Assembly (NCBI RefSeq): GCF_006345805.1
Contig: NC_042997.1
Coordinates: 191,022,001 to 191,086,000 of the forward strand
Source of the DNA: Octopus sinensis
Taxonomy: Eukaryota
Length of the DNA: 64,000 nt
Direction of reading: 5' to 3'
The notes under the pieces are model-generated. The model saw nothing but the letters and a program-made list of their open reading frames with translations. It was not told where the DNA came from and made no database searches. Both the position numbers and the translations under genes were made by a program. Positions within the stretch are counted from its first letter, which is position 1, and every line of letters starts with the position of its first letter. Positions 1 to 12,960 of the stretch are shown here, piece after piece.

Positions 1-485
1 ATAGTGAGGTGGGTAACAAGTAACAGCTTGTACACCCCACACCAAATGGTATGTTCAGCAGCACCTTGTGGACATGACCGCAGAGAATGGCTAGCGATAC
101 TTGATGCAACAGCTATCCCGGATCAAATTTAACAATTAATGTCATCGTAACTTCAATGTTCATGTACAACAGAAAGGATATTATCATTATTGTCAAGTTA
201 AAGGTGTAATAAAAAAAAACACTCCCAGATATACTTGTAAACACCAATCTTTGATCATGGGCTGCGTGAGCAGTCATCCGAAAAGTTGCGCAAAGAAAAC
301 AAAAATATAAAACATTAAATTTAAAAACATACTGAGCTCTTAACTGTTTACTCAATTCCAAGAATTTTATTCATAATTTCAAGGAAAGATCAGTAATCGA
401 TAGATTTTCTGCCCCCCCCCCCACACACACACAATCTCTCTATTTCAGTCTCTCTTTCGCTGTCGCTCTTTCTCTCTTTCTCTTT

Positions 486-516
<31 letters not shown>

Positions 517-3500
517 GTTCGCTGCCTCTTTCTCTCACTCGCTGTCTCTCTCTCGTTCGCTGTCTATCTGTATCTCTCTCTCTCTCTCTCTCTGATAGGT
601 CATGTTATTCTTTGCTCCGCAGTGAAAGATTGTTTTTGTGCTGAAAAGTTTGAAAATTTGCTGTTTTGGTCGTCGAGGCCACTTCTTTTCTGCTGTTGCA
701 GCAGAGTTCTGCTGTTCTTTCCCCCTTGTTTCAAGGGAGAAGCGACGAAAAACATGAATTTGCCACCAATCTCCTCCGAGTTGGAGGAAAACGTTGAAAA
801 TTTGTTTGAAGGCATGAAGGCGAAAATGCGGGAGAAGGAAGGTAAAAGTAAAGAGACGTCTCAGGCGCTCGTTACAAAAGCAGACGACAATATGTCTAGC
901 GAAGCTACTACACAACAGGAAAAGTCAAAAATAAATTTTGCGAGTGCAGCAACTAGCCCCTGTGAAAACATCGTTATTAACAAAGAAGGATTAAAGAAGT
1001 ACCAAAGTTTATTAAAAAAAGAAGGTGATAATGTGAAGTTGTTCCCTCCCAGTGAATTAATTTATGCGACGGAGAGAAAAACTGTCATATACAAGACATA
1101 TAATGTGAAAGATAAGAAAATTGACTTCGTGCAGAGAGAAGCCATATAAAAATGTTTGAGGCCGATATAGCAACAAACTACTTATATAACGAGGGGTAGT
1201 CGCTTCGGCACGGTAGAGGTGCGTTTCCCTAGCGAAGAAAAAGCTAGGGAACATTCAACAAGAACGTTGAAGTCGGAAGATGTAGTTCTCCTACCTTTTT
1301 ATTTAGGAATGAGAACATCCAGAATAACGGTCACAGACATTCCTCCCGAAATAGATGTGGACTTTATCATAGCAGCGATTCTCTTAGGCAAAGAGGAAGA
1401 ACTTGCCATTCTTCAGTCTAAGAGATATCGCCACATGAACTGGTATGGACAAGACTTAGAGCTACGAGAAATACGTTTCTCCCTGTCGACCTGGAGGGGG
1501 CGGAGGAGTGGCAGTGCTGGTCAGGAAAAACCTGGATTTAGAGATTAGAACTGTCTTTATAGATCCGGAAGGCAGGTTGGTCGTTTTGGATGTGACGCAC
1601 AGCAGTGGTAAAGTGTTCAGGCTGGTCGCTGTCTATGCTCCCTGCGAAGGAAAAGCCGGGCAGAAAGAGTATTTCAAAAGCCTAGAGAATTTTCATGGCA
1701 CGTCGAACACGTTAGTATTGCTAGGTGACTTCAACATAATTTGCGATGCAAGCGTAGATTATGTTGGCTCGAGAAAGAATAGGAGGGGATTACCTCACCT
1801 CAACGATATGCTAAGTCGTTTCGAATTGGCAGATAGATTCAGACTGGGCCACCCAGACATTCCAGCGTGGACCTGGGCAAGAAACGACGGGTCGTCCAGA
1901 TCTTACATTGATAGAATCATAACTAGAAGGAAAGATAAGAAAATACTTAGCTGTCCACAACACCATATCGTCAGCTACAGCGATCTCAAATTAGTGACCT
2001 GTACGCTCGACATAGATAGCATGTGTAGACGACGAGGTACGGTTACTGGAAGCTAAACAAGTCACTATTGGACTGTGAAGCCTACAGGAATCGGATTAAA
2101 CAATTAGTAATGAGGGCGTTAACCGGATCCATTATCAACAACAAATGGTGGTACGCCCTGAAAAGAGCCATCAAATTTGAGTCAATTAGGTTTAGCAAAG
2201 AACTAGCTAGTGCTAGAAACAAAGTAGAACAGGAACTAGTTAAGGCAATAGAGGAGGCAATGAGGTCAGGCAGTGCATCGAAAGTGTTAGCGGCGAGGTT
2301 AGCACTCGACCAACATCTCAAAGCTAAACATGAAGGGTGCATTGTTAGGGCTAAGACAGGAAGGGATCAACGCAGCCGGGTGGTAGAGGGCCAGCGTGGC
2401 AACAACTCAACCATTCGATCCTTGACGGGCCCAAATGGTCGATTAGTAAACGAACCCGAGGAGATGTGCAAGATGTTTCATGATCATTTTGCCCAGCTAT
2501 TCGGGAGGAGCGGCGAGTTGGAGCGCGGGGAGAAGCTCGCAGACTTCCTAGCCGGTTCGCCGTGTTTATCGGGGCTGAACGCGGAATCTTGTGAGGCGCC
2601 GATCACAGCCAAAGAAGTCGAGGATATGTTGGCAGACTGCGGTGGGGCCAAATCGCCGGGACTCGATGATCTGCCTTACGAACTCTATAGTAGCATGCCA
2701 GACTTGTTTGGGCACCTACTTGCATGCGTGTACACCAACTGGCAGCAAAACAGGAGAATTCCTAAGTCTGTGAGCCGAGAGGTGGTAGCGCTGTTAAGAA
2801 AGGACCCGAACAAGGGGGATTTAATTGATAATTTTCGGCCCATCACTTAACGGTCGGCGCGGGTCGTGGGTGAACTTGTTGGCGAGGCGCAAACTCCACT
2901 TTCTATGCTATGCCTTAGAAAGGGTAAATAGGATTCCTGGCAAGGGTGGGGCTATGGTCCACTTGGACCAATCGAAAGCGTTTGATAGGGTGGACCATCA
3001 GTATCTGGCGGCGGTCCTCGCGGCGGCTGGCTTCGGCCCGACCTTCCGCGGATGGATCATCGCTTTCAGCATTGAACGTTCGGTACGTCAAGGGTGTCCT
3101 CTCTCCCCGCTTCTCTACGTTTTGGCCCTCGAGCCGTTGCTGAGGAGGTTGGAAACTATGAGAGGCACTCCGCAAGATCTAGGGTGCGGAAAGTCAGCTT
3201 CGGCGTATGCGGACGACATCACCGTCATCGTTTCCCGAGTCGAGCACCTACAGTGGGTGGGTGAGGCCTTAAGGGACTACGAAGCGGTGGCAGGAGCGAA
3301 AGTTAACCGGGATAAATCGGTCAGCTTGCAACTCGGCACCTGGAGGGGCAAGTCGATGTCTTCCGACACCGTCGTAGGACGTTGGACGGAAGGACCGGTG
3401 AAAATGCTTGGAATCTGGTTAGGTCCAGATCACCAAATAGAGAAGAACTGGAGTGAGGTGGCGAGAAAGGTGGCTCTCCTAACTCAGACATGGTCTGAGT

Positions 3501-5295
3501 GGAAGCTGTCCTTGAAAGGGAGGGCGGCGGTTGCAGAGGTGTTTATCGCCTCTGTAATCACTTACCGCCTGACCGTCGTGCCTTGCCCCGATTCGTGGCT
3601 GAACAAACTGGAACGCATGCTCTTTCGCTTGTTGTGGAGGGGCAGCAGACCTCTTGTAAGGCGCTCTATTTGCTGCCAAAAGCCGCTGAAGGGTGGGTTA
3701 GGGATGCCGTGGCTAAAAATGCGCAGACATGCGCTCAGGCTTAGGCACCTCTGGATTTACCTGGACGGTGAGCAGGTGTGGTCTCCATTCGTCAAGCTTT
3801 TATTTCCACAGTTCACATCGTTTAACGAACTGAACCCATGGATCAAGTGTAGACCGAGGTTGGGCATGTGGCATGCAGAGTGCTATCAGGCACTCGTGCT
3901 TCTCTCCCAGTCGGGCAACGCCGGTTGCGGGGGTACTACCTCGTTCTTCTATAGAGGGTTAGTAGAGTTTAAGTGTGACGACGTCCTGGGCTTCGACGAA
4001 AATCAACTGGCCAGCCTGTTCCAAAGAACATTCGGTCCGGGGCCTATGGATAATTACCAAAAGTCCCTGGCCTGGCAATGTTACAGAGGAGCTTTACCGG
4101 TCCGAGATAAGCTCTTTAGACATGGGTGTGCACCTTCGCCGGTTTGTGCAAGATGTGAGAGGGACAGTGAAACTGTCCTGCACGCGATTGTGCAATGCCC
4201 CAAGGTGACTGAACTCTGGGCTTATGTCGAACACCTGCTGTCGCATTCGAGAAGAGTACAACAGTCGAGCGAATCTGTAATGAAGATAGTTCCGCCGACC
4301 TCCCTGAATAGGGAGGAGCGAGCCTGTTTTCTCTCGGTAGTTGCTATGGCGAAAGAAGTAGTGTAGCAGACGAGAGTAAAAGGAATTGCAACAGGCATGT
4401 TCATCTCCAGTCTCGAGCTAATCGACTTTTTCGTTTTCCACATGAAACGGAAAATAAGGCTGGAGAAGAAATGCCTGTCGCAAAGGGTGTTTCGTAAAAT
4501 ATGCAAGTCTATAGCAAGTATGTTGCGAGTGAAAGAACCTGTTTAATCGAGAATGTAGAAAAGGAGAAATCAAAGTCTTCAGTGTGAGTATGTGGTTTGT
4601 GGGGTCAACCACGTCCTCCGCTTCAGTTTTTGTTATTCACTCATTCTCATTTAATTGTATATATTTTAATTGTTTGTTTATTCATGTTTCGTCTCATTCG
4701 ATACCCTGACCCCCAACGTTTGTTTTGTCCCCTCTTTTTCTCAACTTTATGGTGAATAAAGAAATACTCTCTCTCACTCTCTCTCTCTCTCACTGTTTCA
4801 CTTTCGCTCTCTCTTTTCCCTGTTTCTCTTTCTTACACACTTTGATATACAAACGAGTATATAAACAACGAGGAGAGAGCTAGAGGAAAAGAGAGACACG
4901 GCAGGGAGAGAAAGTGGGAGAAGAGATAAGAAAAATACGGAGGAGACTATTGATAATAAAAAAAAATTGAACATGACTGAAAACGAAATTAGATATGAAT
5001 GTGAAAGTAAAGCAAGAAAGCGTGGCCTATATAAGATATATCGGAAGCTGCAACAAGTCATAACCGTCCAGTGCAAGAGATTCTTTGTCTGTCACTAACA
5101 GCGATGTTATAATGAGGTGTCCCAGTAGTATGAGCGAACATCAACACATGTTCTGTGATATAACTAATCCTCCGCAAGGACTCGGCGAGAAGACCTATGA
5201 GGTTTGATTGTTTATCTTGATATTTTTTGAGTGAAATTGTACGGAAGACTATCGGATAGGTGTTGCACTTGTAACTGAAAGGTCCACCTCACTCT
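1..5295. repeat. Copy 1 of a duplicated block (1-593 plus 4767-5295), paralogous to 31440-33010 and interrupted by the Tx1 LINE
   Basis: Colinear near-identity on both sides of the LINE, e.g. GGATCAAATTTAACAATTAATG and GAAAGGTCCACCTCACTCTC occur in both copies. Confidence 0.85.
594..4766 (+). mobile_element. L1/Tx1-clade non-LTR retrotransposon, degenerate (ORF1 remnant, APE, RT, C-terminal zinc finger)
   Basis: ORF1-like 622-1490; APE motifs in 1508-2056 (VAVYAP, LGDFN, SYIDRI); RT in 2068-2850 and 2825-4366 (KSPGLD, LDQSKAFDRVDH, VRQGCPLSP, YADD); CxxC..HxxxxC near the end. Internal deletions and frameshifts. Ends AATAAAGAAATA; (CT)n on both sides. Confidence 0.9.
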
Positions 5296-5521
5296 CTTTT
5301 TCTCTCTCTCCTTCCCCTCCACCTATATATATATAACGTGCGGAAGGAGGTGACGATTAATGGCTCCTTTAATACACCACACAGTCGATTACAATAAAAT
5401 GCAAAAGGAATAAATGAGTATAAGTGCCAGAAGGAAAGGAGATGACACAACCGGTAGAAAGTTAAGAGAAAGTTTTTATGTATGTGTTAATATGTGTTTC
5501 TGTGTGTGCATCATAAGTACA

Positions 5522-5905
5522 TCTCTCTCTATATAAACGGCAGTTTGTCTGTGCGCGTTTCTGTGTGTCTGTTTGCTTGTACCCTCACCCTGACCACGGC
5601 TTTCAACCGATTCTGATGAAACTTGACACACACATAGCCCAATGTCATAATTCAAAACTAACGCAGCGAAAATTTTGAAAAGTTCCCCCAGTTTTGAAAA
5701 AAATCGATAAATTCGACATGGGGTCGACAATCAGAAACACGAACCACAAACTGTCTAGAGGACGCAACTCCACCTTTTTTAAATCTCAAAAAAAATTTAC
5801 CATCATTTTTTCCCATTTTTTTTCTATTTTTTGGCTATAACTCTCTAAAAATGCTTTATAGTTATTTCCCTTACAAACCTGAGCAACGCCGGGCGATACT
5901 GCTAG
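5522..5905 (+). mobile_element. Non-autonomous Helitron (~385 bp)
   Basis: A|TC 5' end, CCTGAGCAACGCCGGG hairpin, CTAG|T 3' end. The same 3' terminus recurs at 17858, 21337 and 23472. Confidence 0.8.
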
Positions 5906-6265
5906 TATATAATAATAATAGACAGGCCATCATGTATACATAAGTTGAATTTTCTCCGTTTTGACGGATTTTTCACCCACCAGGCCATCGAAATGATGGG
6001 GCGGGAGGCATTTTTTTATGAGAACAAAATTTGGAAAATTTATAATTTATTTTTACCTATGTGAGCGTCCTGATCCGAAATTCTGCCTCTAAATTTATGT
6101 ATGTATATGAGATATATATAAATGCGACGGGCTCACAAAGATTTGGTCGGACCTAGGCTACAGTAGAAGAGACTTGCCCAAGATGCCTAACCCTAGATCC
6201 ATATGGTTGAGAAGGAAACTTCTGACCGCACAGCCACTCCTACATCTCTCCTCTCTGTTTCTCCT

Positions 6266-6301
<36 letters not shown>

Positions 6302-6377
6302 AATATATATAGTCTGCTCGGGTCTTAGTGCTTGCTTCTTCCATGGGTATGAATAAGTATTTCATTTATATCTCGCG

Positions 6378-6443
6378 TATGTGCCGCTGAAGAGGGGAAA
6401 ATTTCTTGTGAATTAACCCCGAAATTGGACCAATACGGTAATA
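6378..6443 (+). ncRNA. Type I hammerhead ribozyme, canonical core
   Basis: Stem I TATGTGCCG/CGGTAATA; CTGAAGA 6387-6393; stem II GGGG/CCCC; GAAA 6421-6424; near-palindromic stem III ATTGG-A-CCAAT; AUA triplet, predicted cleavage after 6435. Confidence 0.85.
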
Positions 6444-6846
6444 ACGAATTTTTTAGAGATTTCTATCAGTTTGTTTCGAGACGCATAAATTTAATGGTTA
6501 TCGACAAATTTTTTGTTTCGGCGTAACTGGCATTAGAATTTTTCTTCTGCCCTTATCTTGTAAATTATGTATAAATTTTACCTTTAAAGGCATTTTTTGA
6601 TATGCTGGCCATTGATAAAAAATTTTTTCCCGAAAAAAATTTTATCCTATATCAATTATAAATAGATTAGTGTTTCACTTCCGGATTCTCTCACTCTGTG
6701 AAAGTTCGAATCACACGTGTCTCGAGGTGCGCCGAAGATTTTTCTATTTGGATATATTTGGGGTACTTAAGTCTGCTTAAATTTAATGGTTATCGACACA
6801 TTTTTTGTTTCGGAGTATCTGGCATTAGAATGTATATATATATATA

Positions 6847-8278
6847 CTAGCTGGTGTACCCGGTAATTCCAGGGGGTAAAAATGCTATATTGAAACGCCT
6901 TATTACTCTGATATAAGAATGTAATTTCGTTATAACTGCCGCAAAAGGTGTATTTTCCGTCGCGAAAAAGTACAAAATACTGTCAGCTGGAGGTTGGCGA
7001 GAAATTTACTCTGACTCGTTGTGGCATTTTAAAGGTGAAATTTATGAAGACCAATTCATTAAAGATAATATATAAATGTAGTATATATGTATATAAATAT
7101 ATGAATGAAGAGTTTAAATGTTTAAGAATGAAATGAAGGAAGTGCACACTCACTGATGGTCGCTCTCAGTAACTGCCTCTAACTTACAGTGTTCTTGTTT
7201 TTATAACTATCGAAAAGAAGCCAGAAGGATAGACATATTGTTGAAAACAAATGATTTCGTTGGAGGTCTGTTATCTTCAGTCCAGCCCCTGGTGGCCTAG
7301 AAGAGGTCAGAAGGATTAAGTGGCAAAGACTTTATTCTGCTTAGCGAAGGTGTCTGGGAAATGTATAACTGCTGTCATTCGCAGAAAAGCTATTGTTTTA
7401 CCGTGAGAAAGGCGCTGTTAAAGTGTTAAATAAAATTTGGCAATCGAGGATCGCATCCACGCTATGCCTGCATGAAGCCACTACAGATACGTTGTGGGAT
7501 AAAAAAATTTATCTACCGTCATGGGAAAAGCGTAACAGTAAAAATGTAGAATTATCGGAGTAATGGGCATTCAAAAAAGTATGCATGTATAGAAATGTAT
7601 GAATGAAGTCTTTAAGGTTGAAGATTCAAATCAAGGAAGTGCAATAATAATGTTTAGCAGTTAAAAACTGAGTAGTGAAATGCTCAATTAGGATGACTGA
7701 TCGTGAGAATCAAATATTGATCGCTTCGCTAAAACCTGCAAGTGATATGGGTTATTTCCCTTGGGTTGTTTAAATGAAATATTAATAATATGTAGTCGAT
7801 AGAAAGATCCATTGGAGGGGCCCTATTATCGATTTTTCTCAACAGTCTAAGTATTTCACGAGGTTTCCAGAGATGAGTTCTACTGAGTCAAATTATAAAA
7901 GTGATATTGTCTTCAAAAATTAGAAACTGGACAGCAAAATGTCAATATTCAAAGTAATCGAACATAAACAATGAAATGGGTTATTTCGCTTCAGTGTTTG
8001 CAAAAATATTGTACAGGTGCTATGGGTTATTTCCCTTGAGTGTTTTTGAAAAAATTAGTTATATTAGGTAAATATAATAGGTTATATTAGGTAAATATAA
8101 TGGTCCCTTCCAGGGGCCGTATTATCGATTTTTTTCAACAATCTAAGTATGTCACGAGGTTTTCACACACGAGTTCTACTCACGTGTCAAGTTTCATCAA
8201 TATCAATAAAACGACGTAGAGGAGTTAGATAACAAGGTCACAAACAAACACACACCGCTTTTCTACATATGTAGTAGA
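6847..8278 (-). mobile_element. Non-autonomous Helitron-like element
   Basis: On the minus strand: A|TC start at 8278, CCCTGGAATTACCGGG hairpin, CTAG|T end at 6847. Internal ~130-bp duplication (about 7750-7870 and 8020-8165). Confidence 0.6.
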
Positions 8279-8440
8279 TAAGTGTGTGTGGGTGTATGTG
8301 TATATATATTTGTATGCGTGTATATATGTATATGTGTATATATGTGTGTGTATGTATATCTGTGTGTCTATATATATATATGTGTATATATATATGTGTG
8401 TGTGTGTATATATATATATATGTATCTATCTCTCTCTCTC

Positions 8441-8472
<32 letters not shown>

Positions 8473-10217
8473 AAGTGATAACGAGTGAATGAGAATAACG
8501 ACGGAAGGGTTAAAAAAGCGTAAAAATAATTGAAGATAAAATGAAACAAAATTGAAGCCAAAACATTAAAAATTATTGGGAGTGGGTAGAAATAAACACT
8601 ACGTAGTGTAGCAGTACTACTCTAGGGTATTTGTAGGAAGTTGAGTGTTATTTCCGAATATAACGAGGAAAAATTAGGATGTTGGGAATTTTCCGAAAGT
8701 CCTCTCCCCACCTCAAGATTTTCCCCATAAATCACTTTATAAGCGTAATGTATGTTGTTTGAAAGGTAATTCTATAAAATTTCATTGAAAAAAAAACCGC
8801 ATTTTCCTAAAAGTTATGAGGAAAAAACTCGGATCTTGTGAATTTTCCGAGGTCCTCTCCCCACCCTCCCATTGCTTTGCGCACATTTTTTTGTTTTTAT
8901 ATTCGTTTGCTACACATTTTTTTACACCTTTTGCACTATTTTTTTCTTCATTTTACAATAAATATATAGTGCATGTATTTAGTTGGCAAAAAATGGATCA
9001 TCCCCAAATATAACTGTATTGAATCTTGCATGCATGAAGTGAATTCGATCCAACATAGCCAAATTTAAATTAACACTTCAACTGAACTTTACTCATGGAG
9101 GAACAATGGTTTTTCAGTGATAGCAGTTTTACATATGCCAGATGCCTTTAGCTGGGCCGAAATAATGTCTTCACCACTTGACCTTTCTAGCCTCTTCTAT
9201 TTCACCAAAAGCTAGAATTAAGATAACAAGACCACCAACTAAATCTATCGTTCTCAATGATATGTCTGTCCTTCTGGATAGTTATAAAAATAAGAACTCC
9301 CAAGCAAAAATCAGTTAGCCACTTGGTCACAACTTGGTGAGAACGGAGTCTGGCTGACCAGCTAAAACAACTATGCCATCTCTCCAACGAATAAGAGCAA
9401 GATGGGGTTGGAGAAGAGGAGCCTGCCACAGAAAGAGTATGTGAAACGTTGGAAGGATGTGATGAGAAAAGTGGGTGTTAGTAACCCAGCTTAATCATCG
9501 AAGAAAGGAAAAATTAGTTGCTGGGCCTTATAGGCTGCCGAGTTCAAAATTCGAAACCGGCACTCCCCCACCCCCTTTTCATTTACATACGTTATAATTT
9601 CTAATGCTTTAAAAAAAAACGCACTAAAGTTCTCGTTATAAAGGCAAAAGTAAGCCAATGATTCGTTTAAAGGCAAAAGTAAGCCAATGATTCGTTTAAA
9701 GGCAAAAGTAAGCCAAGTTTTCGTTCATGTTACATTATAACTAAATTTTTAAGTTTCATTCGAACTCTTATAATATTCTTTGTAATTGTTTGTCTTGTTA
9801 TGTCCAATTCTATGTAAAATCGCATGATTTTAATAAAGATTTCATCTCTCCAACGAAGCAGTTGTTTCGTTCCACACTCTCTCACACTCACTACCTCTCT
9901 TTATTTCTCCTACAACATCATTCTATTTCTCTCTGTAATTACCACTACACAATGATGAGAACATAAACATAGACTATACGTCTATCTTTACTTCGCATGC
10001 TTTACGATATCATCACCTGCCCGTCGAGGCAATGTATATTAAATGTCACGGTAAAAATAAATATTTTCTTCACAACTTCAATCACTGTTCTTTTATATTT
10101 ACATAATGGCAATCACTGAAGAACAAATCCTTACAAACTGATTACGATGCCAACATTCCATCTGACTGTGTATCATTTACCGACTATCATTTTCCATAAT
10201 ATTGTTTACGATATAGG

Positions 10218-10670
10218 CGCAGGAATGGCTGTGTGGTAAGTAGCTTGCTTACCAACCACATGGTTCCGGGTTCAGTTGCACTGCGTGACACTTTGGGCAA
10301 GTGCCTTCTACTATAGCCTCGGGCCGACCAAAGCCTTGTGAGTGGATTTGGTAGACAGAAACTGAAAAAGAAGCCCGCCGTATATATGTATATGTATATA
10401 TATATATACATGTGTGTGTATATATGATTGTGTGTCTCTGTTTGCCCCCCCCCACAACATTACTTGACAACCGATGCTGGTGTGTTTACGTCCCTTAAAC
10501 TAGCTGTTCAGCAAAATAGACCGATAGAATAAGTACTAGGCTTACAAAGAATAAGTCCTGGGGTCGATTTGCTCGACTTAAGCCGGTGCTCCTGCATGGC
10601 CACAGTCAAATGACTGAAACAAATAAAAGAATAAAAGAATATGTTGACTGAAACAAGTAAAAGAGTAAAA
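10218..10670 (+). mobile_element. tRNA-derived SINE family A (other copies: 29713-30091 -, 38675-38832 -, 39976-40340 +, 53875-54020 -, 54315-54670 -, 56405-56600 -, 57248-57392 -, 59408-60038 +)
   Basis: A/B-box-like head (GGCTGTGTGGTAAG...GGTTCAGT), central microsatellite, AAACAAGTAAAAGAG tail; many dispersed copies. Confidence 0.85.
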
Positions 10671-10717
10671 GATTAAATATAAACTTCCGTTTCCATACTA
10701 TTGATTATTAAATTGTA

Positions 10718-10835
10718 GAAGAGCGTAGGCTCGAAACGTAAAAGACTTTTTCTATTCCTGAGCGTTATGCTAATACATCTGTTTGTTTTGTACACCACCT
10801 GTCTTCGTCTTTTGTTTTTTCGTAAACTCTCCCTA
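10718..10835 (+). mobile_element. 5'-truncated fragment of a Penelope-type pLTR-like repeat (same family as 56790-57130)
   Basis: GAAGAGCGTAGGCTCGAAACGTAAAAGAC and its downstream sequence match the reverse complement of 56790-56950. Confidence 0.65.
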
Positions 10836-10873
<38 letters not shown>

Positions 10874-11402
10874 GGGTGAGGTGAATAAACTGGATAGTTA
10901 TAAAAGCAAGAACCCCCAAGTAAAAATGAGTTAGTCACTTGGTGAGAACGGAGTCTGGCTGACCAGCTAGAACAACTATGGCATCTCCAACGAAGCAGTT
11001 ATTTCGTCCCACACTCTCTCACACTCACTACCTCTCTTTATTTCTCCTACAACATCATTCTATTTCTCTCTGTAATTACTACTACGCAATGACGAGAACA
11101 CAAACATAGACTATACGTCTATCTTTATTTCGCATGCTTTACGATATCATCACCTGCCCGTCGAGGCAATGTATATTAAATGTCACGGTAAAAATAAATA
11201 CTTTCTTCACAACTTCAATCAATGGCAATCAATGAAGAACAAATCCTTACAAACTGATTGCGATGCCATCACTCCATCCTACTATGTATCATTTACCGAC
11301 TATCATTTTCCATAATATTCACAAGCATAAACTTCCGTTTCCATACCATTATTTATTACATTAACACTTCGTTAAAACTGATGATTCAACCGTTACACAA
11401 TA

Positions 11403-11437
<35 letters not shown>

Positions 11438-11605
11438 TGTCTGTCTGTGTTTGTCCCACCCTCCGTCATTGCTTGGCAAAAGCTGTTGGTGTTTGCGCCC
11501 CTAGAGACCGATAGAATGACTATTGATATTAGGCTTCAAAGAATAAGGCCTGGCGTGGATTTGTTCGATTAAAACACCTCACGATTCTTTACTGACACAC
11601 ACATG

Positions 11606-11860
11606 ACATACATACATACATACATACATACATACATACATACATACATACATACATACATACATACATACATACATACATACACACGTACATACAAACT
11701 TACATACATACAAGCATACATACATACATACATACATACATACATACATACATACATACATACATACATACATACATACATACATACATACATACATACA
11801 TACATACATACATACATACATACATACATACATACATACATGCATACATACATACATACA
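11606..11860. repeat. (TACA)n microsatellite (similar tracts at 13497-13580, 34466-34735, 35317-35432)
   Basis: Seen directly; source of the spurious TYIH/MYVC ORFs. Confidence 0.97.
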
Positions 11861-11932
11861 TATATTTATATATTTATATTGATTGTAATAGAATAAGCAG
11901 CTGTACACAAGAGAAAATAGCTTATCGTCATC

Positions 11933-12363
11933 GGATCTTTTCGGTTTGAACGGCAGTTTTTTCTAGCGGTGTCATATGAAATTGTCACCCATAATTATGA
12001 CCCTAGTATCGATCTATTGCATTTCAATCTGTTTTAGGGTTTGAGTTAGTTAGGGTTAGGGTTAGGGGTGGGGGAAGGGTATCTTTTTTTCTACACAAAT
12101 GTAAATAAACCCAATCTGTTTCTTAAACGAGGGACATTCATACGGCACAGAATGTTTTTTTACCTCAATAGACGTCAATGATTGATTGAAATTGCAGAAA
12201 TTGAAGAAAAAAACCAACAAATATCTTACAAACTATAGAATTTTCTCAATAAAGCCAAGAGAAAAAGATGATTTATAAACACATTCTACCAGTATACGAA
12301 GTTTAAAATATTTTAGTTACCTAGAAATTATGTTAAAAACTGCCGTTCAAACCGAAAAGATCC
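11933..12363. mobile_element. MITE with 29-bp TIRs and 8-bp TSD (hAT- or Merlin-type)
   Basis: TIR GGATCTTTTCGGTTTGAACGGCAGTTTTT at both ends; TCGTCATC duplicated at 11925-11932 and 12364-12371. Confidence 0.9.
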
Positions 12364-12414
12364 TCGTCATCATGTGTGTATATGTATTTTAACAGATATA
12401 TTTGCCAAAACTAC

Positions 12415-12960
12415 ATAAATACTAAAGAGTAAATTTATTCAATAAAATCGCCATTGGCTTCAACCACACCCTCCAGATGACTTCGGAATCTCCTGCAATT
12501 CTTCTGGACGGTCTCCTTGTTTAAGTTGGTGAATGCTGCCATAATCCTTGCCTTCGATTCATCTTTGGTGTTGCAAGAAATTTTGTAGGTCTCTCGCTCA
12601 ACTGTGCCCCACACATTATAACTCAAGGGGGTTGCAGTCTGGGGAGTTCGGTGACCAGATGTTAGGGGTAATGTGGTCGCAGGAATTGTCTGACAGCCAT
12701 GACTGGATTCTCCTGCTTATGTGACATGTTGCAGAGTCCTGTTGTCAGACATAGGGTCTTCCGGCAGCCACCCTCTTGATCAATGGACAGCACCACCTTC
12801 CCCCAGGCACTCGATGTAGGCCTACGTGTTGATTCTGAGGCCGTGTGTGAAGATGATTGAAGGCATAACGACGCGTCATTAGCGATCACTCCAAACACCA
12901 TGATGTTGACTGGATGTTTGATTTTTATCACTGTTGGTACATGTCCTCGGATTGCACTGT
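12415..12960 (-). mobile_element. Tc1/mariner transposase remnant (maT-like)
   Basis: Fragments KHPVNIMVFGVI, WSPNSPDCNP and VWGTVERET...RFRSHLEGVVEANGDFIE match the Tc1/mariner catalytic C-terminus; frameshifted. Confidence 0.8.
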
